From contig MU059330.1 in assembly GCA_013265495.1 (NCBI GenBank), positions 13,195,869 to 13,259,868 of the forward strand: 64,000 nucleotides of DNA, written 5' to 3'. This document shows, one piece after another, positions 34,136 through 46,000 of the stretch; position 1 is the stretch's first letter; each line of letters starts with the position of its first letter. Below the pieces are notes generated by a model. That model was not told the origin of the DNA. It did not search any database and saw nothing but the letters and a program-made list of their open reading frames with translations. The position numbers were made by a program, and so were the translations under genes. The stretch is from Vicugna vicugna (Eukaryota).

Positions 34136-36773
34136 AGGACAAAAACGAAGCACAGAAAACATAATGGATTTCTTACCTCTGATTCCGGGCGGGTCTCTGT
34201 GCTAATTTCCTACCGACTTAGAGCAGTTCTGCCTTTGCTCTTTTGCCCCCCAGGTCAGTTCTCTGTCTGGGGCTCTGTCTGTCCGTCTCCTTGAGCCTGT
34301 CTGGCTCTGACGGAAGAGACACTTCTTCATTCGTGTGCCTGAGACATTCTGTCCCATCGGAACGTGGCTTTGCTCCGCGGTACCCTCATCTATTCAGCAG
34401 TTTTAACAAAGGGCTTGGTGGCCATGCCTTGATAAGAAGAAACTGTACCTTCCAATTCTGAAAGCCCCTTAATTTCTGGACTCTAATCTCTATTCCTCAT
34501 TTTTTTTCTGAGCTACATCTTTCTTGTAGTATTATGTCAAATGCAGTCAAAAAAAAAAAAAAACCTGGCACATGCTGCTAACCTACCACCCTGTGAGCTC
34601 TTCCGTCTATCAGACGTGCTACATGCCACTCAGGTGCTGCAGGTGAGAGCTCTATAAAGCATCCCACCCTTCACAGATGGGTTGGCACCCTTACAAGCTC
34701 CCCTCAATCAGGGCCGCGTGCTTCAGGGTTTCTGCCATGACAGCGTCCCACTGCCGGACCAGCTCTCCCAGCACGTGTGGTAAGCCAAGTTATTTTTTGG
34801 TGACGGACAACCCTCAAGTGTCAGTAGTTTAAAACCACATTTCTTTCTTTCCTCCTCATCCTGAATCCCCATCCGGGGCCACCTGATAAGCTGTGCTGAT
34901 TGTAATCTTTCAAGGACCCAGTTTGAAGGGAAACCGTAATCCTGAATGTCGCCAACAGCTGTGCGAAAGGCAAGAGAGCTCTGTTGGGGCCCCCTGAGGA
35001 CCTGCCGGCTTCGCATCGTGAGATCTGGGGAACACGTGATGTTAAGGTCTCCTGTTTACCAAGCGTCTTGGCCTCTTGGCATTTTGAAGGACTCTTCAGC
35101 CTCCGTCAAGGACACGGCCTGGCGCTGAGTCCGGAGCTTCCCCGCCTCCCCTCTCCATGAGGTTCTGTCCCTTTCTGAGCCAGCCACCGGCTTTCCTTCC
35201 AGCTCCAGGAGAGGCCGACACGGACGCGCAGAGGGCTGCCTTCCTGACGGATCTCTCTGCCGACGTGGTTTGATGGGGTGCACTTGTGCAGCCTGGGGAC
35301 CTGGCGACCTCCCCGGCAAACACCTGCCGGGACCCACCTGCAGCCAGGAGGCCCTGGACAGCAGCCCCTGAATCTCTTCTGTCTCCAGCCAGATAAAAGG
35401 GCAGAAACCTATGGTCTGCAAGCAGATGTTTTCAAGAAAATATTTTTGTTTTCCGACCGTATAAACATTTCAAATTGCAAATATGCAAAACCACAGGGAA
35501 GAGCCGAGGGGTGCGCTTCACACCCCACCAGACTGCTCGCTGTCCTCTCTGAAGGTGAGCTCCCTGCTCCCGTGGGGACAGGACCCGCCCCAACGGAAAG
35601 AGCAGTGGCGCCTTCAGAACGTCGTGAGCCTTTAAGCTAGAGACAGAAGACTTTGGCTAAATCACAGTAATTTTTTCACCAGTTAGTAGAGGAACAAATT
35701 CTCCCGGGATAATGACAGTAGCTGGGCAGGCCACCCTCGCAGACGCCGCGCGCGCGTCGGCGGGTTCAGACGAGGGGTGAGGGCGCGCAGGGGTGAGCAG
35801 GTGCCCTCGCCCCGGGCTGCGCGCGTGAGCCTGCCAGCTGGGGCTCAGAGGTGCTGGAGTCTGGCGCGGTGGAGGGTGCCTTCTTCACGGTGGCTCAGGT
35901 CACTGAACCTCAGGTGGCTTTCCCCAGCCAAGGGTGGGCGAGGCTTTTTCCGCAGGGGGGCTGCCCCAGCCCCCCTGCACGTGCTGGGCTCCTCAGCCGA
36001 ACCCGGGAGAGGGGAGGCGCTCTCAGCAAGACGTGCGGCTGCTCAGGCCGTGTCTGTGCCTCCCGCACGGAGGACCTCGGGGTGACTCTGCAGCGAGTGT
36101 CCAGCCAGATCCCGTCCCTGCGATCTCATGGCCGGAGACCTCACGTCGATTTGGGAGGAAATGACAAATAGTGCTTTCAAGCCGTGTTGAATGGAGGTGA
36201 GCTACAAAGACACGTCCGTGCGTGCAGACCTTCACGGGTCCAGCAGCAGCCCCCATATTCCTCACGTTTTAACTGAAACGTGAGCCACGCTGGGGGAATC
36301 GCAAACCCAGAATCGTGGTTTAGTTTCACTCTTCATTAAAATTCTTCCTTAACCAATCTCCGTTTTCCTGGTTTCGGCCTTGTCAAATTATGCTAATCTT
36401 TTGGCTACTCAAAAGACATTAAAGTAGGTCCATGTCACTGCCTCCTGTGTCACGTGTGTGAGGGACGCTGGGGACGTTGTCTGTGTCTGCCCGCGGTCTC
36501 GGGTTCTCGCCAAGGGAATGAGAACAGGGCCGTGGCCGTGGGGGGCCCCGTGGGAGGCGCTAAGCGAGGGCATCACGGTTGGTTTTTATTCTGAACAGTC
36601 AGTAAAACAAGTAACAGTCAGTGGTGGTTAAGCTCAGACTTTGCCGGAATGTCTTTGACGTGGCAGTGCGGCCCCCGTCTGCGTGCAGATCACTGCCACC
36701 GGTGTGGCGTCCCAGGGTCCGTGCCTGCGGCCTGAGGACAGGGAGGTTTCTCCTTTAGAAAGGTATCTTTGCA

Positions 36774-36875
36774 GGGGAGGGTGTAGCTCAGTGACAGAGC
36801 ATGCGCTTAGCTGCTGGGCTCAATCCCCAGTACCTCCATTAAACAAATAAACTGAAATCCCCCCCCCAAAAAAAA
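36774..36875 (+). mobile_element. tRNA-Ala-derived SINE with ~10-nt internal deletion
   Basis: ggggagggtgtagctcagtgacagagcatgcgcttagc|tgctgggctcaatccccagtacctcca plus tail. It lacks the atgcatgagg segment present in the other two copies. Confidence 0.88.
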
Positions 36876-38317
36876 CGACGAAAGAATAAAACCAGCTCTT
36901 TAAAAAATATCATTGAGGAAGTTCGTATTTCCACTCAGGCGTTACGCTGGGGACTCCTGGATACTGGGGCATCCGTTAATTTGCAATAGAGCTGCGTTTT
37001 CATATTGTTGCAAATTCTGGGACTGCGGCTGTGAAGGGAGCACACAGCAGTGAGCCTGCCTCCAAAGACGTCTGTCCTTCCCTGAGCCGTACTGTCGGGG
37101 GCGGCCCTGCGGCGTGCGACGGAGCCCCCCAGGCCTTCCCTTAAGGCGGCAAGTTGCGTGGAGGGCGACTGTCAGACTCCAGTCTCTTGAAGAAAATGAG
37201 TGCGCGTGCGCCCAGAGGCCCGAGACTGCTAAGTTTAGCGAGGGCTGCTGGCAAGGCGGGCCCGCTGCTGGCATCTGGGGGACGGATTTATGGGGCACTC
37301 TCACCGCCCTGACTGGTAAGCGGGCCTCACTGTGCCCAGACCCTTGTCCAAATCCTGGGCTTAGGCTGAATCCTGCCTGCCTGCTGGGAGTCTGGAATTG
37401 CGGCAGGTGCCAGGCCGCAGGTGCCCACGCAACCGGCCCCTTTGGAACCGCTGCCCTGAGTCTCTAGGGGGCGTCCATGTCGTCACGGTGCGCTGCGGGG
37501 GGATCCAGCGTGCCCTGTGACCCCACGGGGTGAGGGCTCTGGAAGCCGCGCCCAGTCTCCCCTGGCTCCCCCTTGCTCACCACGGTCTGTGCTGTTTTGA
37601 TGTAACAACGCATGGCTGCACACTGCGGGTCCCCCTGGGAACGGCTGAAGGTGGCAGTGGTCCTGGGGACCCTGAAACCGCCAGCATCTTCTGAACGCAA
37701 GCCCTCACTCACACCCCCTACAGGTCCTCAGTGAGCGTTTGCTCATGAGGTTGATAAACAGGGAACTTCGGGCACAGGGAGGCAGCAAGGAGCGCCCTGC
37801 AGAAGGAAGGCTGGGGTCAGAAGCAGAAATCGGGGTGACAACGGAGCTGGTCGGGGACACGCAGCGGCAACATCACATGGGAGGAGCATGCCAGGGAGCC
37901 CTCACCTGGTCTGCAGGTCGTGTCTGTGCTGGACAACAGGCTTCACGCTGGCCGGGGCTGGGCTGCGAGGTGCCGGAAATCACCCCGGCTGCTCTGTAGG
38001 CCTGGGGGTCAGCGCCGTGCGTGCCCTGCTGCGGAACTGTGGGCCACCTCTGAGCAGGAAGGGGCGGGGGGTGGGCTGGAGGGCTTTGGAGAAGGCAGTG
38101 CTCTGGTTTCTGGAACTTCTCCTATCTCTACGACCTGGATGGTGCGGCCAGAGGTCCTACCAAGGCTGAGGGACCCAGGCTGGACTTGGAGCAGCAATGA
38201 GGATGCTCTGTCATGTCACCCAGGACGAACAGGGGAGGGACAGCGCTTCTCAGCTTCCTTGTGCCCAGGAAGGCTGAGAGGTGACCATGATCGCTGGTTG
38301 ATGGGGTCCACTAGGAC

Positions 38318-38432
38318 CACCAGACTCTAGCAACCTTGAGGGCAGAGGCCGTGCCCCTTGTCTGCTTGTGCCCACGAGGCGTGCCCGCTGGGACCAGCAC
38401 ACCGACTTTCACCACGTGCTGTTGAATAAACA
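38318..38432 (+). mobile_element. LINE-2 3' terminal fragment
   Basis: accagactctagcaaccttgagggcagaggccgtgccccttgtctgcttgtg...gtgctgttgaataaa resembles the L2 3' end. Confidence 0.55.
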
Positions 38433-40719
38433 TGTTAGCAGTCTATTCATCCTCCTATTGTTTTGATCATGAATTCTTGAAGGGCAATTAATTATGAAGT
38501 ATGTAAATTTCCACCTCTTATTTATGTTCTTTACTGCCAGAAAAAGAAGGTTTGTTTTTTTTTTTTGGTACTGCTAAGAGATTACTGACAGTGGAAGTAT
38601 CTGATGAACTTCCTCAGGTCTCTGGGAGCAAGTCGAAGCTTGGCTAGACTTAGAAGACAGGGCGGAACCTGGCACTCACTCACTCTTCCCCTGTGGAAGT
38701 GCTCACCGAGCACACTGTGCTCCCAGCAGGGTGCCGTCACCCTGGGAGCCGAGCTGCTGGGACGAGAGTGTCAGGGGAGGGACTGGTCATTCCGAGAAGC
38801 TCTGGGGGGCAGCACGGGGGGCTGCGCAAAGGGGCTCAGGACAGGCTGGAGCTCCGTGTGGGTGGGAGGCCTGGAAGGCAGTGGGGGAGGCTCAGAGAAC
38901 TGGGGAGGCAGGGGTGTCCTGGGACAGGGAGATGCTTGGAGAGGAGGCAGAGGCTAGGCTGGCAGGTTCCATGCCCAGTACGGCCGCCTTTGCCCTGCTA
39001 ATGATGGGAAGCCCTGGCATGGGGTTAGAAGTGAGGCTGGGGAAGGAGCGGGGTGTGGTTCAGTCAGGGCGCACGTGAGGGGCCTGCCCAGGGTGCCCAC
39101 TCTTGGTCCAGCGGCTGAGCGCAGCCTAGGCCCATGCTGACACTTGAGCAAGTGTTGGGAGGACTAACAGCCTGCACGAGGGGCTGCTTAGCTCACAGGA
39201 GGGCCTCCCCGGACTGCGGGCACTCGAGGGGGCGTCCCGTCCCAGGGGCGGGGGAGTCAGGGCTGCGCAGCAGGCTGCCCTGACAGGGGACCGTAGCTGG
39301 GTCTGTGCGCAGGGGACTGCGCGCGTGTGTGTGCGCGGATCGTCCTCCGCGAGGCTTACACAGAACCAGAGATACACGCAGTAACACGCCACTGTGTGTG
39401 AGCACACAATGCTAAGATCTGGGGTGATCTTTATGAAAACACTGGCACCTAAATAATATTCACATTACTACTTTTTGTCTCCCTAAAACGCCTGCACCTG
39501 TGGGAGGAAAAAGTGCACTGAACAGTATCAGCTTCCTGCACGAACACAGGGTGCAGCAGACCTGGGGGAGGTGCGGCCCAGGCCTGGGCGGGGTCCCTGC
39601 AGGGCAGGACGTGGCCTGGGGGGTCTGGGGGACCGTGACCAGACCGGGAAAGCAGAGGGGAGGCTGGGGGGCAGCAGGCGGGCTACTTCAGAGTCGCGCC
39701 GGGCACTGGCCCTGGGCGCTGAGACCTCTCTGCCCACCTCTGTCTGTGGGTTCCCTCTCCCTCCCCTGCAGACCCAGCAGATTTCAGAGGGGACCCTCCG
39801 CTGAGGTGATGAGGCCGTGGTCTAAAACAGGGTCCCAGGCTCTGAAGACGCCCTTTTTCTGTACTGGTTTCAGCCACTCAGCAATGATGCTCTAGTGCCA
39901 CACACCAGGGGGCCCAGTGACAGGGTGACCCACCCCACTTCTAGCGCCCCCAAACAACTCCAAAATTAAGATAAAATGAAATCTAATTTTTAACACACAA
40001 CCAAAATCTGGTTCATCATCAGTCCACAACCCCCTCACGTGACCCACGGGAGTGGCGCCCCTGGGGTCGGCAGCTCCGCGGACTGGAGGACTGCGGGTGA
40101 GCCGCTGCGGGTGCAGCTGGCGCCGCGCTGCTGTTCTGCGCCCACGAGCACCTGGAGAATGCGGTTCCTGCCTTCCTTGGCTCCGGTGGGCACCTCCCGG
40201 GGCCCGGCGTAAGACTACCTCTTTCAGAACTTGGCCAAGATTTGTAGCCTATGAAATCGTGTCTTGGCACATCTATTACATAAAACGTTTTTTAAAGAAT
40301 GGTTAGGGATTGAAAAGAGAAGATGCTCCATTTCGCTCCCTTCAGAATCTCAGAAACCGATTCTGTCATAATAGGAAAGGCACTTTATAAAAAGCCACAA
40401 GCCTGAGAGTCAAATCAAAGGAGAGAGTTATTTTCTCACCTAAGGACAGACGCTTGGCTCCTGAGTGTCACCGTATGTTTGCTGTCTGGCTCCGGTCCCT
40501 GCGGGGTCCTCTGAACACTTCCTGATGACCAGCAGTTAAGATGTACCCATTTCTACAGAGTTTGCCAATCTGGGGGACCGTTGCCGCTCTGAGGTGTGCG
40601 AAATAAGGTGCTGGTGAGATTTTTAAATTACTCTGAGTGAAACTGAGAAGTTAGGCATCTCTTGTCTTTTGCTTATTTTTCTATGAGTTTTGTTCTTTTC
40701 TTCTTCATTCTTAAAAATT

Positions 40720-41160
40720 GTTACTATTCACAATATTACCCCCTTTGCCCAGGCTGTAAGTGGCAACTGTCTTTCCTCTCAGTTTGTCAGGTAGCTTTTG
40801 AATTTCCTTATGGCGATTTAGTTTTGACATAAACATTTAAACCCTGTTATCAAATTCATGAATATTTTATTGCTTTTGGATTTTCAGCCATAGTTAGAAA
40901 AGTTGTCTCCACTCCCGTTTTAGAATTGAATCAACTCATGGTTTTCACAGTTGTCTAATATCCATGGTTTTATTTTTTCCGGTATATGGTGTGAGGTGCA
41001 AATCATACTGTACCTTTATCTCAATGGTGAACCCAGCACCATTTATGAAAAGATTCTTTCTTTAAGGCAGCGATTTGAGAGGTTAACTTCCTGAGTTATC
41101 AACCTTTCATTTGTGTTTTATTCTCTCCCTGGACCTTCTTCCTGATTTGGTGAAACTGGA
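40720..41160 (-). mobile_element. Old L1 (L1M) ORF2 fragment, antisense
   Basis: ggtatatggtgtgaggtg and cccagcaccatttatgaaaagattctttc are diagnostic antisense L1 motifs. Confidence 0.7.
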
Positions 41161-41281
41161 ATCCATGCAGCCAGCAGGTTCTAAGTTCACGAGGCTGAGA
41201 GACGTTAACTGGTCCAGCGGCCTCGTCTCCCCTCGGAACTGGGCAGAGACAGCAGGGGCGCCACCCCGTCCATGCGCTCGA

Positions 41282-41698
41282 CAGGCGCTGTGCTTCCGAA
41301 CCCTTCGCTGAGCGAGTCTAAGGCGCCATTTTTCCAACAGCATTTGTTCGCTTCCTGTCTCTGAGTCACATGTTGTTAATTCTCAAGGTACTTCAGACTT
41401 TTCTCATGGTTGTATCTGTCATGGCGTCTGTGGCCAGTGATCTTGCATGCTACCACTACGACTTGCTGAAGGCTCCGATGATGGTTAGCACTTTTTAACA
41501 ACAAAGTATTTTTCAATTAAGTTGCATACACTGTTTTTTTCGACCTGTTGCACACCTAACAGACTGTGGTAGGGTGTCAGCTATGTAACTTTTATATGTA
41601 TTGGGAAACCAAAGCATTTGTGTGACTCGCTTTGTTGGGATATTCGCTTCATTGCAGTGGTCTGGAAACGAGCCTACAGGTTCCCCGGGGTCTGCCTG
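41282..41698 (+). mobile_element. Tigger1-derived non-autonomous DNA transposon (internal deletion)
   Basis: caggc...gcctg termini. The left part (ggcgccatttttccaacagcatttgttcgcttcctgtctctgagtcaca) joins directly to the right end (gacttgctgaaggctccgatgatggttagca...gggaaaccaaagcatttgtgtgactcgcttt...gtggtctggaa). Transposase is absent. Confidence 0.88.
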
Positions 41699-42849
41699 CA
41701 GTCAGCAGCTTGTAAAGGCAAGAGGTTTTCAACTTAAGTGGCCATCACCGAACTGAAAGAGCTGTCAGAACACCTGCCGCCCTCCGGTTAACCCTGGGGA
41801 CAAAGTCACGAAAGCACGCAACTGTTTCTACCTGTTTTGTTGCACTTTGAGGGGAGACACATTACCTCCTACAGATCAGCTCATCGACGTTGTAAATGGC
41901 CCCGCCTCTCACCGATGAAGCCGGTTTTTAATTTCCTTCCCTCGACTGAATTACACATCTATGTTTCTTGCCATGAAAGGCAAACACTATTAACTCTCAT
42001 TCATCGCTGACACTGCAAACTATTTCAGATTAGGGAACAGTTGTAAAAACAAAGAAAACGTACTAGAAAGGTACGACTGTTGAAATATTACTTTGAGTAG
42101 AAATCACAGCCTGTAATTTATCTCCGTCTGTTAATTAAATGAGGTGCTTCCACCTCGCAGCCCTGCTACGGGGCCGGGGAGGGACACGCGCTCCCCACGC
42201 AGTGCGCGTCCTCACGGGAGGAGGCCCGCTCAGCGCAGAGCAAAACCGGGCGCCTCCTGAGTAAATCACAGGGTTCATCTCTTCTCGGTGGGGGGGTGGG
42301 AGGGGAGGACCTGGGGAGGGAGACGCTGGCGTTCTGCGGTTTTCAGGGAGATCAATCTTGTTCTCCAGTCCGCGGGGAACACTACCCGTGCCTCGGAATC
42401 ACTTGAAATAAGTCAAGGTTCATTGAAAAAGATGTATTTAAAGCCACCTCTTTATGGAGATGGAAGCCCTCTGGAAGGAAGACTCTCTGACACTGAGGAG
42501 CGTCTCTTCCCTTCAGGAGAGCAAACGTCTCTAAAACACGAGGGCGGGCTCCGGGTCTGAGTCTTTAACTACTTTCTACAATTTCCCTCTTCTTGGGGCT
42601 TCCTGAACTCATCAGCGGGAAAAAGAGACTCAAATCGAGTTTTGAAGGAAATAAAATTTAATAATTTAAAAAATCAAAGTAATATTTAATGATTTGCCCT
42701 CAAAGAAGAAGTAAGTAAATATATATGAAACGAACAGTAGCAAGTACAGTGAAGATTGTGTGAACCCAAAAGGCAGCAGCTTTGCTTTCTTCTTCTTGGG
42801 CAGAGAGGTTTTTGAAACTTTCTCGTGTCAATAACTGAAAACCACCCTC

Positions 42850-43030
42850 TCCCCCCCCACCAGCTTTCGCCGTCCCCCGGAGACGCCGCGGTCGGCCCCG
42901 GCCCAGGCGCCCGCCCTCGCCCCGCTCCCGGGGCGTCTCAGGCGTCCCCTCTGCGACCTCAGCGTCTCTCCCCGGCGCACCTCTCTCCCGGCTGAGCTCC
43001 GCGCGGCCCGAGGCCTCGGATGCTGACTGC
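42850..43030. promoter_or_regulatory. Small CpG-rich patch (candidate secondary promoter/enhancer)
   Basis: cgccgcggtcggccccggcccaggcgcccgccctcgccccgctcccggggcg: GC-box-like motifs and high CpG, directly after an AT-rich block. Confidence 0.4.
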
Positions 43031-46000
43031 TTGCGGCACTAGGGAAGCTCTTCGCGTGAAAACCGCTGACCTCCTCTCAGCGACCCCCTCTCTCTCGTCA
43101 GTGAGGCCGGGGGTCCCTGCTGCTGGGCCTTGGTCCTCCAGTCTCTGCCAGCAAAGGGAAAGGCTCCCTGGGGTCTGCACACCGTGGTCAGCGAAGGAAA
43201 GACAGGCCGCTTTGCCATCTGAGAAGGCGCTTCCGGTTCGAGGCCCCAGGAGGGGGCTCGACCAACGCACACGAAGGGCGGGCTTTGAACATCTGATGGT
43301 CAGGTGGAAGGGAGGCGTTGGCAATAGTCCTACGTTGGGACCTCCCTAACTCACAAGCACGCTCAAGCATTTCCTGTATTCAGTCACTTTTGGTGGGGAT
43401 GAATCTGAATAACCAAAAAGCTGAGTAATAGTGTGCAAAACTCTATTTTGCTTGAGATCATGACCCAAAGGGGGCGGCAAAAATGTTCCCACGTGTGCAT
43501 TCTACTTAAATAACAGGATGCAAGTAGGGGAGGGTGCAGGGTAACTGAGCCGGCGGTAACGCCTGGGGGCTGCCCCCTGGCCTCCGAGGGCCCGGGCCTG
43601 GAATCCTAACCCCGGGGGTGGGGTCGGCCACTCTTACCGAACATCCCTGGTCACCAGCCAGTTAGAAGAGGTCTATGCACGCCTAGACCATTAAAAGCTC
43701 TTCGGAGGGTCTGACTTTGTGAGTGGGGCCAAATGATCTGTTTTTAATGTAAATATTTTGGCTCCCTTAAGAGTTATCAAATCAAAGATTCTGCTGTTCC
43801 TGCACTTTAAATACTTTCGGATGGTACTTTGAAATAGGCTCGCCTGACAAACTCTGCCAAACGATGTTGGGTGTTGGGGCCCCTTTTGGGGATTTGCTCG
43901 GTCTGGGGGTCCTGTTCTGCCGGCCAGGCCGAGGCCTGCAGCCCGAGATGGAGTTACAGGTGGGGGCCAGCACCCTGGGGGGGGGCAAGCACTGCAGGGT
44001 GAGGTGGCCACGAATCAGATCCCGAGAAAGGCGGGGGGAGGAGAGGTGGGGGAGGGGGAGAGAAATACATGTATTTATTTATATAATATATAGAATATTT
44101 CCACTTCTCGGTTTCCCTGGCTTGGGGAGGGGGCGCTAAGCATCCTTGCAGAGAGCAAACCACGTCCAGACGGAGGGCTCGGGGTCAGGACTGGGTGGCG
44201 ACACGGGCGAGGACAGGGCGCTGCCGACCACTGAGGACAGACTCTTCCAGGGAAAAGCAGGTGGGGAGAGAGCTGAGCCGGCGTCCTGTGTGTCCTGCCG
44301 AGTGCAGTTCTGCAGAAGATGCCCACCTGTCCTCACTCGGCCACGCGCCGGGGAGAACCGCCCCGCACGCACAGGTCCCGGCCGCTGCACTGACATGGAG
44401 CCTCCCTGACCGAGGCAGCGGGCGGGGTCACCCTTTACTGAGACTTAGCGTTTCTCCCCTCGAGAAACCTGCTTTCCTCAATGAGGAACATCTTAGAAAT
44501 GGCTTAGAGATACTCACCCTTGTCAATGACAGTTAATTTTAAGTTTAGGATTTAATAGCCTGTTTTAGTCGACTTGTGTTTAGAAACAGGATGGTTCTGA
44601 TTACAGTGATGACATAAAGCCTTATTTTAAATGAACTTTATTAAGTTAAAAAAAAGAGTGAGTCTGTCTAATGAAACCAGCAAACAGGGCACAGGGAGAC
44701 GGGCTCAGGAGGGCCCTCGGCTGCCTGGCCTCCAGGAAGCAGGAGCTGCCCGGGAGCGCGGCCGCAGCAAGCAGCCCTGCTGGAGCTGCCGGAGAGGGAT
44801 CGGCGGGGAGTCCAGGCCCAGGGGCCGAGGGCACCCCTCGTCGTGGCGACGCCGAGTGAGGAGAGGCGCTCCCTCCTCGTCCCGCCGGAGGCGGAGCCTC
44901 TGCAGGGCTTTGTCCGGGTACCACACCTGTTCCCTCGATTGCGCTTGTGAAATGGGTTCACTGCACTCACCCCCCAGACACAAGAGCTTTTGTAAAACAG
45001 ACTGAAGAAAGAAGCCTCAAACCACTGTGCCTAATTCCTGGGGGAAAACTGCTCGCAAGCTGATCGTTCACACGAAATCTGTCCCCTCGCGTCTGGGACG
45101 TGTCCCCCAGCTCTGCCCCAGAAGGTCTCTCCCGGGCGGTTCACTTTACCCCGCGGATGTCTTTATTAGAGGAGGCCATTCTTTGCCAAATCGCTTTGCC
45201 CGTGGGGTTTTGTTCTGCTTTTGTAAGGAGAGAATTGGAAAGATTATGCAGGTTTTATTTCAGATTGCGAGCTGCTTAGAGTTGCCCAGAATCGACAGGA
45301 AGATTTCCCAAGCCCGGCCGGGCCATCTGCTCGCGGCCCTCCCCGCACACGGGCTCTGTTAGTGAGTCGTCCCAAAGCCCAGTAATTTTGTGATCGTGAC
45401 CAGCGCGTGGACCCAGCACTCTGCTGTAAGAATGACGAGAATAATGACAAAAAGAAACAATGTAATTATTTAAAAATAAACTTTCAAGCACTGCTTTCTG
45501 GAGCTGAGTTGGAGAGAGAGCCTTTTGATAAACTGATGCTGAATTCCAGAGGTGACAAGAAAGAGAAGGCTGGCCCCAGAGGCCTTCCGAGGATCACGAC
45601 GCAAGTCGGAGTTCAGCGCCCCGGCCGCGTGCGGGGGGCCGGCGTGGTCGCGGGGAGCCTGGGCCTTCGAGGGTTGACGGGAGTCTGTCCTAATGAAGGG
45701 ACACGCTGCAGTCAGATCCGGGGGCAGCGTCCCACCCCGCTCACCAGGCAGAGGTTTGCGCCTGCGCTTGCAGATGGTGAAACAGAAGAGCGCGCGACCT
45801 GAACAGTGGCTGAAATCTGACCGCACTTACCTCCGCCCGCCGTGGCCGCGGGACGTGCTTGCACTGGGGCTGCTTATAGATTCCAAACACACATCATCAG
45901 AGACACTGCCAGTTCCGTCACTTTTATGGGGGCCCGAATGTCACACATAACACTATTTTCACAAGAAAAAATCCCCAAGCAAATGCAGTTAAGACCAGGT

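Noticed and set aside
45611-45635. REST/NRSE-like ttcagcgccccgg
   Set aside because: The right half-site (GGACAG) is absent.
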